Assembly (NCBI RefSeq): GCF_030144855.1
Contig: NC_082731.1
Coordinates: 27,776,001-27,840,000, forward strand
Direction of reading: 5' to 3'
Length of the DNA stretch: 64,000 nt
DNA from: Hypanus sabinus
Taxonomy: Eukaryota
Of this stretch, positions 10,797 to 24,464 are shown one piece after another (the first letter of the stretch is position 1; each line of letters opens with the position of its first letter). Below the pieces are notes generated by a model. That model searched no databases. It was not told where the DNA came from and saw nothing but the letters and a program-made list of their open reading frames with translations. The translations under genes were made by a program, and so were the position numbers.

Positions 10797-13700
10797 ATAA
10801 AACATAGAATAGTACAGCACAGTATAGGCCCGTCAGTCCACAATGTTGTGCCGACCCTTAAACTCTGCCTCCAAAATATCTGTCACCTTAAATTCCTCCA
10901 TATATCTGTCTAACAGTCTCTTAAATTTCACTAGTGTATCTGCCTCCACCACAGACTTAGGCAGTGCATTCCATGCACAGACCACTCTCTGAGTGAAAAA
11001 CCTTCCTCTATTATCCCATTTGAACTTATCACCCTTTACCTTAAAGCCATGTCCTCTTGCATTATGTAGTGGTGCCCTGGGGAAAAGGTACTGGCTATCC
11101 ACTCTATCTATTCCTCTTAATATCTTGTGTACCTCTATCATGTCTCCTCTCATCCTCCTTCTCGCCAAAGAGTAAAGCCCTAGCTCCCTTAATCTCTGAT
11201 CATCATGCATACTCTCCAAACCAGGCAGCATCCTGGTAAATCTCCTCTGTACCCTTTCCAATGCTTCCACATCCTTCCTATAGCGAGGCGACCAGAACTG
11301 GACACAGTATTCCAAGTGTGGCCTAACCAGAGTTTTACAGAGCTGCACCATTACGCCGTGACTCAAACTCTATCACTCAATTTATGAAAGCTAACACCCC
11401 ATAAGCTTTCTTAACTACCCTATCTACCTGTGAGGCAACTTTCAGGGATCTGTGGACATATACCCCCAGATCCCTCTGCTCCTCCACACTTCCAAGTATC
11501 CTGCCATTTACTTTGTACTCTGCCTTGCCACTTCTCAGCTCACTCCTGCATCCTATCAATGGCTCTCTGCAATCTTTGACAATCCTCTACACTATCCACA
11601 ACACCACCAACCTTTGTGTCATCTGCAAACTTGCCAATCTACCCTTCTACCCCCACATCCCTCGTTAATAAAAATCACGATAAGTAGGGGTCCCTGATCA
11701 ATCCTTTTGCGACACCACTAATCACAATCCTCCAATCCGAATGTACTCCCTCCACTTCAGCACTCTGCTTTCTTCAGGCAAGCCAATTCTGAAACCACCT
11801 GGCCAAACTTCCCTGGATCCCATGCCACTCTCTGAATAAGCCTACCATGTGGAACCTTATCAAATGCCTTACTAAAATCCATGTAGATCACATCCACTGC
11901 ACTAACCTCATCTATATGCCTAGTCACCTCCTCAAAGAACTCTGCCGGGCTTGTTACAATGATCTGCCCCTCACAAAGCCATGCTGACTGTCCCTGATCA
12001 GACCATGATTCTCTAAATGCCCATAGATCCTATCTCTAAGAAACTTTTCCAACAGCTTTCCCACCACAGACGAAAGGTTCACTGGTCTATAATTACCCGG
12101 ACAATCCCTACTAACTTTTTTGAACAAGGGGACAACATTTGCCTCCCTCCAATCCTCTGGTACCATTCCGGTGGACAACGAGGACATAAAGATCCTAGCC
12201 AGAGGCTCAGCAATCTCTTCCATCACCTTGTGGAGCAGCCTGGGGAATATTCCATCAGGCCCCGGGCATTTATCTGTCCTAATGTATTTTAACACTTCCT
12301 CTCCCTTAATATCAAATGCTTCAGAACTTTGCCCTCACTCATATTGCCCTCACCGTCATCAACTTCACTCCCATTGGTGAATACCGAAGAGAAGTATTCA
12401 TTGAGGACCTCGCTCACTTCCACAGCCTCCAGGCACATCTTCCCACCTTTATCTCTAATCTTCCCACCTTTATCTCTAATCGATCTCTCCTTTATCTCTA
12501 ATCGATCTCTCCTTCTCTCCTGTCATCCTTTTGTTCTTCACATAATTGAAGAATGCCTTGGGGTTTTCCTTTACCCTACTCGCCAAGGTCTTCTCATACC
12601 CCCTTCTTGCTCTCCTGAGCCCCTTCTTCTCATTCTTGCTATCCTATATTCCTCAATAGCCCCATCTGATCCTTGCTTCCTAAATCTCATGTATGCTGCC
12701 TTCTTCCACCTGACTAGATCTTCCACTTCACTTGTCACCCATGGTTCCTTCACCCAACCATTCTTTATCTTCCTGACCAGGACAAATTTATCCCTAACAT
12801 CCTGCAAGAGATCCCAAAACATTGGTCATATGCCCATAGTACATTTCCTTGAAAAACATCATCCCAAATTACACCAACAAGTTCTAGCCTTATAGCCTCA
12901 TAATTTGCATTTCCCCAATTAAAAATTTTCCTGTCTTCTCTGATTCTATCCTTTTCCAGGATAATGCTGAAGGCCAGGGAGCGGTGATCACTGTCCCCGA
13001 GATGCTCACCCTCTGAGAGATCTGTGACCTGACCTGGTTCGTTACCTAATACTAGATCCAGTATGGCATTCCCCCTAGTCAGCCTGTCAACTGTGACAAG
13101 AATCCATCCTGGACACACATAGCAAACTCTGCCCAATTAAAACCATCGGAACTAATTAGGTGCCAATCAATATTAGTGAAGTTAAAGCCACCCATGATAA
13201 CAACCTTGTTATTTTTGCACATTTCCAATATCTGCCTCCTAATCTGCTCCTCGGTATCTCTGCTGTTATCAGGGGCCTATAGAATACTCCCAATGGGGTA
13301 ACTGCTCCCTTCCTGTTCCTGACTTCCACCCATACTGACTCAAAAGAGGATCCTGCTACATTACCCACCCTTTCTGTAGCTGTAATAGTATCCCTGACCA
13401 GTAATACCACCCCTCCTCCCCTTCCCCCCCCCCATCCCTTTTAAAATACTGAAATCCAGGAATATTGAGAATCCATTCTTGCCCTGGTGCCAGCCAAGTC
13501 TCTGTAATGGCCACTAGATCATAATTCCATGTATGTATCTAAGCTCTCAGTTCATCACCTTTGTTCCTGAAGCTTCTTGCATTGAAACACACACACTTTA
13601 GCCCTTCTACCTTACTACCTTTACACCCTTTACTCTGCTTCTCTTTCCTCAAATCCTCTTTATATGTTAGATCTGACTTTACTCCATCCACTATACTTGC

Positions 13701-14940
13701 AGTTCTTGCATGACCTGTGTCCTCCTCCACCTCACTATCTGCTCTAACACTCTGGTTCCCCTCCCCCTGCAAATCTAGTTTAAACTCCCTTGAGCAGCAC
13801 TAGCAAACATTCCCACCAGGATATTAGTGACCCTCCAGTTCAAGTGCAATCCATCCCATCAGAACAGGCCCCACCTTCCCTGGAACAAGGCCAAATTGTC
13901 CAGAAACATGAAGCCCTCCATCCTGCACCAACTCCTTAGCCATGTATTTAGCTGCATTATCTTCCTATTTCTAGCCTCACTAGTATGTGGCACTGGTAGC
14001 AATCCTGAGATTGCAACCCTGGAGGTCCTGTCCTTCAGCTTTGCACCTAACTCCCGAAACTCTTTTTGCAGGACCTCCTCCGTCTTTCTATCCACGTCAT
14101 AGACCACGACCTCTAGCTGCTCACCCTCCCTCTTAAGAATGCTGAGAACTTGATCTGAGATGTCGCAGACCCTGGCACCAGGGAGGCAACAGACCATCTG
14201 AGATTCTCGATCTTTCCCACAGAACCTCTTTTCTGTCCCCCTAATTATCAAATCCTCTATCACTACTGCTCTCCTCTTTTCCCTCTTTCCCTTTTGAGCT
14301 GAGGGTACAGTCTTGGTACCAGAGACGTGACCACTGCAACTTGTCCCTGGTAGGTCATTCCCACTGACAGTATCCAAAACGGTATACTTATTGTTGATGG
14401 GAACGGCCACAGGGGTGTTCTGCTCTTCCTGTCTATTCCCCTTCCTTCTTCTGACAGTCGCCCTGCTACCTGTGTCCTGACTTTTAGGGGTGACTATCTC
14501 ACTTAAACTCCTGTCCATTTCAGCCCCTGCTTCCCGAATGATTCAAAGTTCATCCAGCTCCAGCTCCAGTTCACTACCTCAAAATGTCAGGAGCTGCAGC
14601 TGGATACACCTTTTGCAGATGTAGTCATCAGGGACAATTGTGCTTGCCCTGACTTCCCACATACTGCAAACGGAGCACTCAACTTTCCTAACTGCTTCCT
14701 TCATTACCTACTTCTAAGTTAATTAGATCTATTAAATGAGCTTAACCGGCTTTACCTCACTGGGAGCAAGCTCGTCCTCAGCCTCGGCTCGCTGAAGCCT
14801 TTCAAGCCAAAGCCTTCCTACTCTGTCTCCCACTACTCCGTCGCCCACTCCTCCGATGCCTGCTCCATTAATCTGCTCACTTTTAAAAATCTCCTGCTGT
14901 CTCACAGGCCGACAATCATGTGCTTGCACAGTCATTCTCC
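10797..14940 (-). mobile_element. Near full-length CR1 LINE (ORF1 with esterase-like domain, ORF2 EN+RT, degenerate)
   Basis: ORF1-like 13859..14518 (AVVIEDLIIRG, VAISGLLPV, LNTWLRSWC). Endonuclease pieces (CVCFNARSFRNKGDEL, RGNAILDLVL, SDH). RT and 3' region 10833..12295. catagaa-type tail at about 10800. Confidence 0.93.
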
Positions 14941-14986
14941 GTTCAAACAGGAACTGAGACCAGTCAGTAGACAGATATCCTCTGAG

Positions 14987-15347
14987 TGTCATGGTCCCGA
15001 CTGTTAATTCCCCATTTTCTCCTAATTCCCTTTGATGATGACACACCTGGTTTTCATCAAGACCTGCAGCATAAGAACGCTGGCTTTGCACCAACTAGCT
15101 GCCAGATCGTTGGTTTTGCCAGTGTGGTAATTAATACTTCCTGGCTGCTTAGGATTGTGTGTTCTAAGTTTTGCTTCAGTACCGAGACTTATCTGTGAAA
15201 CTCAGTCTGTGTCAAGATAAATTCTGCCTGCCTCCTGCCTTCCTGCTGTCCCTCCTGTTAGCCGTTCACTGCTTATGACCGCATCTGATCCTAATTAAAT
15301 CTCCATGCCTGTGTCCTGTGCTTGGGTTCGCTTCATTCATTGCAAAA
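14987..15347 (+). repeat. 5' LTR of the chromovirus
   Basis: TGTCATGG start; homologous to 20261-20692; ends tgcaaaa where the 3' LTR has tgcaaca. Confidence 0.88.
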
Positions 15348-18300
15348 GAATGATTTGGCCACTATGGACCCAGCAGACATGAATATACTTCAACAAGCCC
15401 TCTCCAGCCAGGGTTCCCTACTGGGTCTGCACGACTAACTCCTGCGGGAGGTCATGTTGAACCTCCGTTCCCTGTATGCTGATGTAACGAAGATCGGTGA
15501 CTAGCTGGACTGTGTATCCACTCATTTTACCCCACCCACTCCTGGAACCCTGTCTACCCAGCCCACAGAGCCTGTAGTGACAACCCCCTATGTGTCAGCA
15601 ACACCCCCACCAAGAGAGCTTTTCGTACTTGAACCAGGGAAGTACACTAGTGATTCTGGGAAGTGCTGGGCCTTCATTCTTCAGTGCTCCTTGGTGTTCA
15701 AACAGCAGTCGTCCACGTACTCCATGGATAAGTCAAAGATTGCTTACATCATGGAACTGTTGCGGGAAGTGCCTTAGCGTGGGCCACAGTTGTTTGGGAT
15801 AACCAACTGGATATCTGCTCTCTTTTGCCACCTTTATGGAGGAAATGAGAAATATCTTTGACCACCCCATCCGTGGTAAAGACACTGCCAGGTGCCTACT
15901 CACTTTCAGTCACGGCTCACGTAGTGTTGCTGAATATTACGTGGAGTTCCGGACATTAGTGGCCAGAATGATGAGGCACTCCAAGGGGTATTTTGGAATG
16001 GTCTCAGTGACATGGTAAAAGATGAGTTGGTGGCAAGAGATGACACCAACAGCCTGGATTTTTCCTAGCTACCATGTTGGACAATCGTCTTCGAGAACAC
16101 CATAGAGAAAGAACTGGTCAGCCACCACCTTTGGCCACTCCACGGCACTCATTCCCACCTCCCACAAGAACAAGCCTCTCTCCTCCTCCTGCTCCTAGAG
16201 TAGCTCCCAACCTGGCCATTTCCACCGCCCTGGGAAAGGAAACCATGGGATAAAACTGCTTTCCCCCATAGAATGACTACGGAGATTGAGAGCAGGTGAG
16301 CGTCTATATTGCAGCCAGTGTGGCTACTTCCTTGCTACCTGTCCCCTTCTGCCAAAAAGGGAAGGTTCATCAGTAGAAAGGGGGACTCTGGTGAGCCAGA
16401 CAACATTTTCTTTCATACCCCGAACCCGGATGCAGCTTCAAGCTACGTTACAACCAACAGTCCCTGCCTCTGTCAGCACTAGTAGACTCCGGTGCTGAGG
16501 GAAACCCTTTGGATGAAGACTTAGCTTTCTGGGCCAGTATTCCTCGTGAGGTGTTGAGTGTCCCCCTGGAAGCCCGGGCTCTGGATGGTTGACTACTGGC
16601 CCGAATCACACACTGCACACCACCCCTGTCCCTCCTTCTCTCCGGGAACCATTGGGAACAGATATGATTCAATTTAATTTCCTCTCTTCAAGCTCCTTTA
16701 GTTCTTGGGTACCCCTGATTAAGCCGTCATCACCACCACATTGACTGGTCCACTGGGAGGATAGTCAGCTGGAGTTCGTCTTGTCACTCCACTTGTCTAC
16801 AATCAGCGCTTTCCCCAGTGGAAGTCACTGTGACCTCGTCTGCCTCTGAACCCCCCCAGACTTGTCCAAGGTTCCAGCAGTGTATCATGATCCGGAAGAA
16901 GTGCTTATCAAACAACTGGCTCTTTCCCTGCCTCCACACTGCCCTTACGATTGCACAATTGACCTCTCCACTGAGCCCCTCTACCCAGCAGTCGGATGTA
17001 TAACCTCTCCCGACCAGAAAGGGAAGCAACAGAGGCTTACCTAAATGACTCTCTCGTGGCAGGCATTATCTGACCCTCATCTTCCCCTGTAGGCACAGCT
17101 TTCTTCTTTGTGGGGAAGAAAGATGGCTCACTGTGCCCCTGCATTGACTACCATTGCCTGAATAGCGTCACAATAAAGAATAAGTATCCACTGCCCCTTA
17201 TCAACTCTGCCTTCAAGCCCCTTCACAAAGCCACAATTTTCTCAAAGTTGGACCTGCGGAGTGCCTACTACCTGGTTAGGATAAGGGAGGGAGATAAGTG
17301 GAAAACAGCTTTTAACACCCCTCTTGATCATTTAGAATATCTGGTCACGCCATTCGGTCTCACCAATGCCCCCGCTCTCTTCCAAGCACCTCTTACTCAA
17401 CTCACCTCTCCTGCGACCCCCCCTCCCCCCGAAGCAGACTCAGCCCTCTCGGAGCTACAGAAGCGTTTCACTTCTGCTCCCATCCTGGCCCAACCTGACC
17501 CCTCTTGTCAATTCATTGTGGAAGTTGATGCCTCCGACTCTGGGGGTGGGAGCAGTCCTCTCCCAACGTCTCGGCCCAGACCGAAAGCTCCATCGCTGTG
17601 TCTTCTCTCACCGTCTTTCCCCCAGCCAACGGAACTACAACGTAGGGAACCAGGAGTTACTGACCGTCAAACTCTCTTTGGAGGAGTGGAGGCATTGGCT
17701 GGAGGGAGCTGAACCTCCATTCATCATCTGAACAGACCACAAGAAACTCGCATACATCCAAACAGCCAAATGCCTGAATTCCTGCCAAACCTGTTGGGTA
17801 TTATTTTTTTGTTCGTTTCAGATTCACACTCACTTATCGTCCTGTTTCCAGAAACAGGAAGCCCAATGCTCTCTCTCATCAATATGTCTTGGAGGAGGGC
17901 CTTCCCGACCTCAAGACCATCCTTCCACCATCCTGTGTGGTGGCTGCCTTCACCTGGGAGATCGAATCTATAGCAAAGAGGCCCAACAGAGTCAACCTTG
18001 TCCAGGCAATGGACACCCCAATCGCCTCTTCATACCCGACTCAGTTCGGTCTCAGGTTCTCCAGTGGGGGCATACTTCTTGTTTCGCCTGTCATCACGGA
18101 ATTGATTGACCCTTCTGGTGGCCTTCCATGGATGCTGACAATCGCTCCTTTGTCTCTCTGCCTGTGCCCATGGAAAAACCTCCCATCGACCACCTGCTGG
18201 CTTGCTTTGTCCCTTACCTGTCTGAGCTGCCTTTGGTCTCATATTACTCTGAATTTTGTTACTGTACTACCCCCTTCACATGGGAACAGTGCTGTACTCA

Positions 18301-19035
18301 CTGCCATGGACTGCTTCTCCAAAGCGTGCACTTCGTAGCCCTTACCAAACTACCTACAGCCCTGAAACAGCTGACCTTCTTGTCCATCACATCTCCCACC
18401 TTCATGGAATTCCCTCTGACATTATTTCTGACCAGGGTCCCAATTCATCTTTCAAGTCTGAAGATTTTTTTTTCAAGCCCTTGAAGCCTCAGTAAGTCTG
18501 CCTTCCGGCTTCCATCCACAGACTAATGATCAAACAGAATGAGCAAACAAGTATTTGGAAGCAGCATTGTGCTGCATAACCGCCAACAACCCGTCATACT
18601 GGAGCACCCAACTCGCTTGGAAGAGTATGCTCACAACTGCCCAGTCAGCACTTCTGTTTCCTGCACATGAAGATGACATTGCTGTGCCTTCAGTTCAAGC
18701 CCATCTCTACCAGTGCTGCAAGATCTGGAAGGATGCACGTGCAGCCCTGTTCTGCTCAGCCAACCAAAACTGGAGGATTGCCGATCGCTATCGAATTCTT
18801 ACACCCAATTATCGGCCTGGGCAGAAGATTTGGCTGCCTTCGAAAGACATCCCCCTCAAGAATGAACCCAAGAAACTTGCCTCTCACTACCTGGGACCAT
18901 TTGAAATTGAAAGTATCATCAACCCCTTGGTGGTCAGACTCAAACTTGCCAAATCTATGCATTCATCCCATGTTCCATGACTCCCAGTTGAAAACTGTCA
19001 GCCTTTTGTGCCCATCTGCTGAATCTCCTCCGCCC

Positions 19036-20100
19036 AAGTCAAGTCAAGTCACTTTTTATTGTCATTTCAACCATAAACTGCAGGTACTGTACACATTAAA
19101 AATGAAACAACATTCCTCCAGGACCATGGTGCTACATGAAAGAACACAAAACGACACTAGACTATGTGAGACAACTCAAGGCCACAGCAGACTATGTAAA
19201 ACAACACAAAAACTACACTAGACCTACACAAGACTGCATAAAGCACACAAAACAGTGCAGGGCAATACAATAATAAATTAGTTAATAATAAACAAGACAA
19301 TAGGCAGAGTAGAGGACAAATTACAATATAATAATAAATGATGTAGATGTCAGTCTGGACTCTGATTATTGAGGAGTCTGATGGCTTGGGGGAAGAAACT
19401 GTTGCTCAGTCTGATCATGAGAGCCCGAATGCTTTGGTACCTTTTGCTAGATGGCAGGAGGGAGAAGAGTTTGTATCAGGGGTGTGTGGGGTCCTTCACA
19501 ATGCTGTTAGCTTTGTGGGTGCAGTGTGTGGTGTAAACGTCTGTATCAGCAGGAAGAGAGACCCTGATGATCTTCTCAGCTGACCTCACTATCCGTTGCA
19601 GAGCCTTGCGATCCAAGATGGTGCAATTCCCGACCCAGGCAGTGATGCAGCTGCTCAGGATGCTCTTAATGCTCAATGCTCTCAATTCTACATGCTCTGT
19701 AGAATGTGATGAGGATGTGGGGGGGGGGGGGGGGGCGGGTGGGAGATGGACTTTCCTTAGACTTTACAGAAAGTAGAGTTGCTTCTAGGCTTTCTTGGCT
19801 ATGGAGCTGTTGTTGAGGGACCAGGTGAGATTCTTCACCAGGTGAACACCAAGAAATTTGGTCCGTTTAACAATCTCAACAGAGGAGCCATCAATTTTCA
19901 ATGAGAGTGGTCAATCCATGCTCTCCTGAAGTCAACAACCATCTCTTTTGTTTTTTTTTACACATTCAGAGACAGGTTGTTGGCTCTGCACCAGTCCGTT
20001 AGCTGCTGCACCTCCTCTCTGTATGTTGACTCATCGCTCCTGCTGATGAGACCCACTGTGGTCATATCACTGGCGAACATGATGATGTGGTTGTGCGCAG
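19036..20100 (-). mobile_element. Rex1/Babar-like LINE 3' fragment inserted in the chromovirus
   Basis: (gactt)n tail at about 19036-19050; motifs YREEVQQLTDWCRANNLSLNV and ILSSCITAWVGNC. Confidence 0.85.
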
Positions 20101-20260
20101 CCGAGTCAGGGGTCTCCAGTACCTGGTTGATTGGGAGGGATAGGGCCGTGAGGAGTGCACCTGGATTCCCCACTCCTTCATCCTGGATCCTTCTCTCATC
20201 GAGACAATCCAGACAAGCCTGGTGGTTCACCTAGAGTCTCCCTTTGGGGGTGGGGGTTAT

Positions 20261-20692
20261 TGTCACAGTACCGAACATTAATCCCGCATTTTCTCCGAAT
20301 TCCCTTTGATGACAGCACACCTAGTTTTCATCAAGACCTGCAGCATATGAACGCTGGCTTTGCACCCACTAGTTGCCAGATCGTTGGTTTTGCCAGTGTG
20401 GTAATTAATATTTCCCGGCCACTTAGGATTGTGTGTCCTAAGTTTTGCTTCAGTACCAAGAGTTATCTGTGAAACTCAGTCTCTCTGTGACAAGATCAGG
20501 TCCGAAAGTTCTACTCCAGTTCTGAGGTTTACCTGTGAAACCCAATCTCTCCATGTCGAGATAAATTCTGCCTGCCTCCTGCCTTTCTGCTCTCCCTCCT
20601 GTTTGCCATTCAATGCTCACGGACGCATCCGGATCCTAATCAGGTTTCTGAGCCCGTGTCCTGCGCTTGAGTTCACCTCACTCATTGCAACA
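20261..20692 (+). repeat. 3' LTR of the chromovirus
   Basis: TGTCACAG...TGCAACA directly after a G-rich PPT and followed by the TSD. Confidence 0.9.
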
Positions 20693-20733
20693 CTGAGAGA
20701 CAAGGACTAAGGGACATCAGTCAGTGGACAGAT

Positions 20734-21364
20734 CATATAGAACATAGAATAGTACAGCACATTAGAGGCCCTTCGGCCCACAAAGTTGTGCCGACCCTCA
20801 AACCAGCCTCCCATATAACCCCCCCACCTTAAATTTCTCCATATACCTTAGTAGTCTCTTAAACTTCACTAGTGTATCTGCCTCCACCACTGACCCATGC
20901 AGTGCATTCCACGCACCAACCACTCTCTGAATAGAAAAACCTTCCTTTAATATCCCCCTTGAACTTCCCTCCCCTTACCTTAAAGCTATGTCCTCTTGTA
21001 TTGAGCAGTGGTGCCCTGGGAAAGAGGCACTGGATATCTACTCTATCTATTCCTCTTAATATCTTGTACACCTCTATCAGGTATTCTCTCATCATCCTTC
21101 TCTCCAAAGAGTAAAGCCCTAGCTCCCTTAATCTCTGATCATAATCCATACTTTCTACACCAGGCAGCATCCTGGTAAATCTCCTCTGTACCCTTTCCAA
21201 TGCTTCCTCATCCTTCCTATAGTGAGGCGACCAGAACTGGACACAGTACTTCAAGCGTGGCCTAACCAAAGTTTTATAGAGCTGCATCATTACATCATGA
21301 CTCTTAAACTCTATCCTTTGACTCATGAAAGCTAACACTCCATAAGCTTTCTTAACACTCCATA
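20734..21364 (-). mobile_element. 5'-truncated CR1 3' end
   Basis: ORF 20859..21533 (LVRPRLKYCVQFWSPHYRKD); catagaa tail; AGAT flanks both sides. Confidence 0.88.
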
Positions 21365-21470
21365 AGATATCCCCTGAGGGACAGGGACTGAGACCAGTCA
21401 GTGGACAGATATCCCCCTGAGAGACACCAGTCATGGGTAGATATTCTCCTTTGAGACAAAGTCTGAGTGA
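21365..21470 (+). repeat. Degenerate minisatellite (gagac-cagtcagtggacagatatcccct), other units at 10774-10796, 14953-14986 and 20693-20733
   Basis: The same unit is seen at each TE junction between 10.8 and 21.4 kb. Confidence 0.8.
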
Positions 21471-21714
21471 CACGGGTCTCTGCAGGAAAAGATATGAAGC
21501 AACAAGAAGAAACAATCTTCTGACTGCACTCATACCATGAGTGGTCTAAGAGTGGTCCACTGCTCCTCCAGGTTCAGAGTTTCAAGTCAGGGTTAGTGAA
21601 CCTGATGAGTCAAAAAGAAATATTGTTATTGTTTTGAGACACTCCCAACTACGCCAGCTTCCAGGATTTAGACACTGTAACTCTCAGGAGCACGGTTAGC
21701 TAGTTGCAGTCCTT

Positions 21715-21900
21715 TTTAGGGTTCAGGATGATCCCTGTAATTGACAATCATGTTTTGGGTGCCAAGAATTTGAGTATTTAAAGAACACCTGAGCTGATGT
21801 TCGGTGCTCAATCTTAAGCCCGACTGGTGACGTTGTCCAGCGTTTGTTTTGTGCTCAGTTCCCAATCCAGTTTGATACTGTGTCTTGATCCTTGCTTCAG
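21715..21900 (+). mobile_element. LTR fragment (same family as about 51030-51388, opposite strand)
   Basis: gttcaggatgatcc...ggtgctcaatcttaagcc...ttttgtgctcag aligns with the reverse complement of 51030-51388, which abuts a gag remnant. Confidence 0.55.
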
Positions 21901-21999
21901 ATACTCCAGCAAACCATCCTTGGTAATGATTCTCATCACAGTTACAGAAACAGCAATGAAGTGTCCTTCTACATCTGAGTGCAATGGTGTTTCCTAGTC

Positions 22000-24000
22000 A
22001 CCACCCGGGACTTGCATGGCTGACAGTAGAGAAAACTGAGAGAAAGCTACTGGCATGGTGAAGGGAGCATGAACTTTGCCAAGACTAAGACCAGAAATGC
22101 TGTTTGGAATGTACAAACCATGAACAACACTGGCAAGCTCACACAGATAACCACAGTAATGTGTCGTTACAGCCAACATACACTGGTGTCAGTGAAAGCA
22201 GATGGACAGGGTCTGGCAAACTAAAGGCAGCAACTGGTGAAACTGTTTTATATTCAGGAAGTGAAGATGGTCAGTGTCGTGATGGTGTAGCTGTCATGTT
22301 GAAGGAAGGCATTGAGAAGTGCCTGCTGGAGTGAAAAGCAATCAACAGTTGGCTGTTGAGAGTCAGGCTGAGAGTGAAGCAAGTGAACATGACTGTGATC
22401 CAGTGCTATGCTCCAAATAACAACGGTCACATTGAAGAAAAGGACATCTACAAACAGCAGAGGTAGACTTAACACTACACCATGACATAATCATCATCAT
22501 CATAGGAGATCTAAATGGCAAAGTGGGAAATAACAACTCACACTTCACTGGGGTCATGTGCATGCAAGGATGTGGAACAGTGAATAACAACGGTGAAAGA
22601 CTGGTGGAATTCTGTGCCATGAACAATCTGGTCACAGGAGGGACCCTCTTTCCACACCATGAAATCCACAAACTGACATGGGGCTCACCCAATGGATGTA
22701 ACATGACCCAAATTGATCATTTGATGATCATTGGTACATGGAAATGATCCTTGCAGGGTGTAAAGGTGATGAGAGGAGCGGATACAGGAAATAATCACCT
22801 CCTTGCTGTAACAGTGATGAAACTTATGCTGAGAAGCACTGGGACCTGAGCACATGTACAAAGATGTTTTGATGTTGAGAAGCTCAATGATACCAGTGAC
22901 AGATCTGCCATCACCATTCAACTTAAGGAGAGATTTCAGGCCTTGGAAGACCTTGATGAAGATATGTCCGTAGACAAGTTCAAAATAATGTGGAAACAGA
23001 TTGTGTCAGTGTTCATGGAGATCAGTGAGGCTTGTCTATATTACAGAGCTGGAAAGAAAAGCAAAGAATTGATACAGCCGGAAACATGGACAGCCTTAGA
23101 AGAAAGATGGAAAAGTAGGAAGAAAATGTTCGATGCAAAGTCAATATGAATGAAGGTGAAACTTCAATTGGCATTCATTGAAGCTAGCAAGAAAGTGAAG
23201 AGCTTCTAAGAAAGGACAAGGGAGTCTACATAGAAGATCTTAAAGTGGTGGCCACAGCAGCAGCCTGTAGATGTGATCAGGAAAATATGAACAAGATTTT
23301 AAAATTGTTATGTGGAAAGTACAAGTCAGATCCAGTAGCTCTATGAGAGGTAAGAATGGTCTACTTTTGTCAAGAGTATGAAGCACGATGGACAGGGTAT
23401 TTCAGAGATTTACTGAGTAGTCACAGAGGACCCTGACATGACGCAGATCCACCCAAGAAAGAAAAGATTGTCACAGTGATTAATCATTAAGAAACAGCAA
23501 AGTTCCATAACATGACAATTTGAAGGCTGAACTGTTCAAAGCTGAACCAAAAGTTGCAGCAGTCATCCTGCATCTACTGTTTACTATAATCTGGGAATGG
23601 GGACAAGTGTTCAGGGACTGGACAAAGGGAGTGAGGATCCCCAAGAAAGGAGCACTAAGTGATTGCAACAACTGGTGTGGCATCACACTTTTGTCTCACC
23701 AAAGTCATTGTCCAATGGATTACTGAAGCTGTAGATGTGTGCCTAAAGATGGAGCAAGTTGGCTTCAGAAAGAACAGAGGCTCTGTCAACTGGATCTTCA
23801 TGCTGTGTAACATCATACAGCAGTGCACAGAGTGGCAGAAGCAACTGTACATAAATTTCATGGACTTTGAAAAGGCTTTTGATAGCATCCCTGGGGACAT
23901 CTGACACCAAATTCTTGGATCGTATGGGATCCCTTCCAAAATTGTCCCACTTATCTTAAATTTGTGTTTTAATTTCATGATTGCATCATGTAAAGTTCTA
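22000..24000 (+). mobile_element. RTE-clade LINE, degenerate EN and RT
   Basis: GVSESRWTGSG, TVIQCYAP, GDLNGKVG, NGERLVEFC, IDHLMI, PKKGALSDCNNWCGITLLS, QVGFRKNRG, FMDFEKAFDSI. Confidence 0.88.
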
Positions 24001-24464
24001 ATCATTGCATAACAAGAATGATGTGGATGCTTTGGAGAGGGTGAAGCGTAGATTCAGTCAAGTGTTGTTTGGATTGGAGCATATTTCCTGTAAGGAGAGG
24101 GTGGAAAAACTTGGACTGTTTCTGCTGGAGCGTTGGAGACTGTGGGATGGATTGACAAATATATTCTATCCCACTGTGCCTTGTCCACACACTCCTTCTC
24201 TAAGGAAGACACATCCTTCCTGAGGGATGATGTCAAGAATCACAGCCAGTGCTCCAGATGTGGTCTAATTTGATCTCTACTCCAAAGCAGTGTAATATCC
24301 ACCCCATCTCTATCCTTGTTTTCCCCATTAACTGCAGCACATTGATACTTCTAGCTTAAATATGTCCTTAGGATTTATTAGAATCCTAACCTGCCAGTGG
24401 TCTCTCATCCAAAGTAAACCTTCTGCATTCCCTCTCTGCCCAGTGAGATTGATTATTCACATGG

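Larger units (their letters stand above)
14987..20692 (+). mobile_element. Ty3/Gypsy chromovirus (Sushi-like) LTR retrotransposon, both LTRs and TSD present, ORFs decayed
   Basis: 5-bp TSD CTGAG at 14982-14986 and 20693-20697. Gag ATG at 15364 (EPGKYTSDSGKCWAFILQCSLVF). RT ([36 protein letters not shown]), RNase H ([20 protein letters not shown]) and integrase remnants. Chromodomain remnant GLQYLVDWEG at about 20110. PPT at about 20246-20256. Confidence 0.95.
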
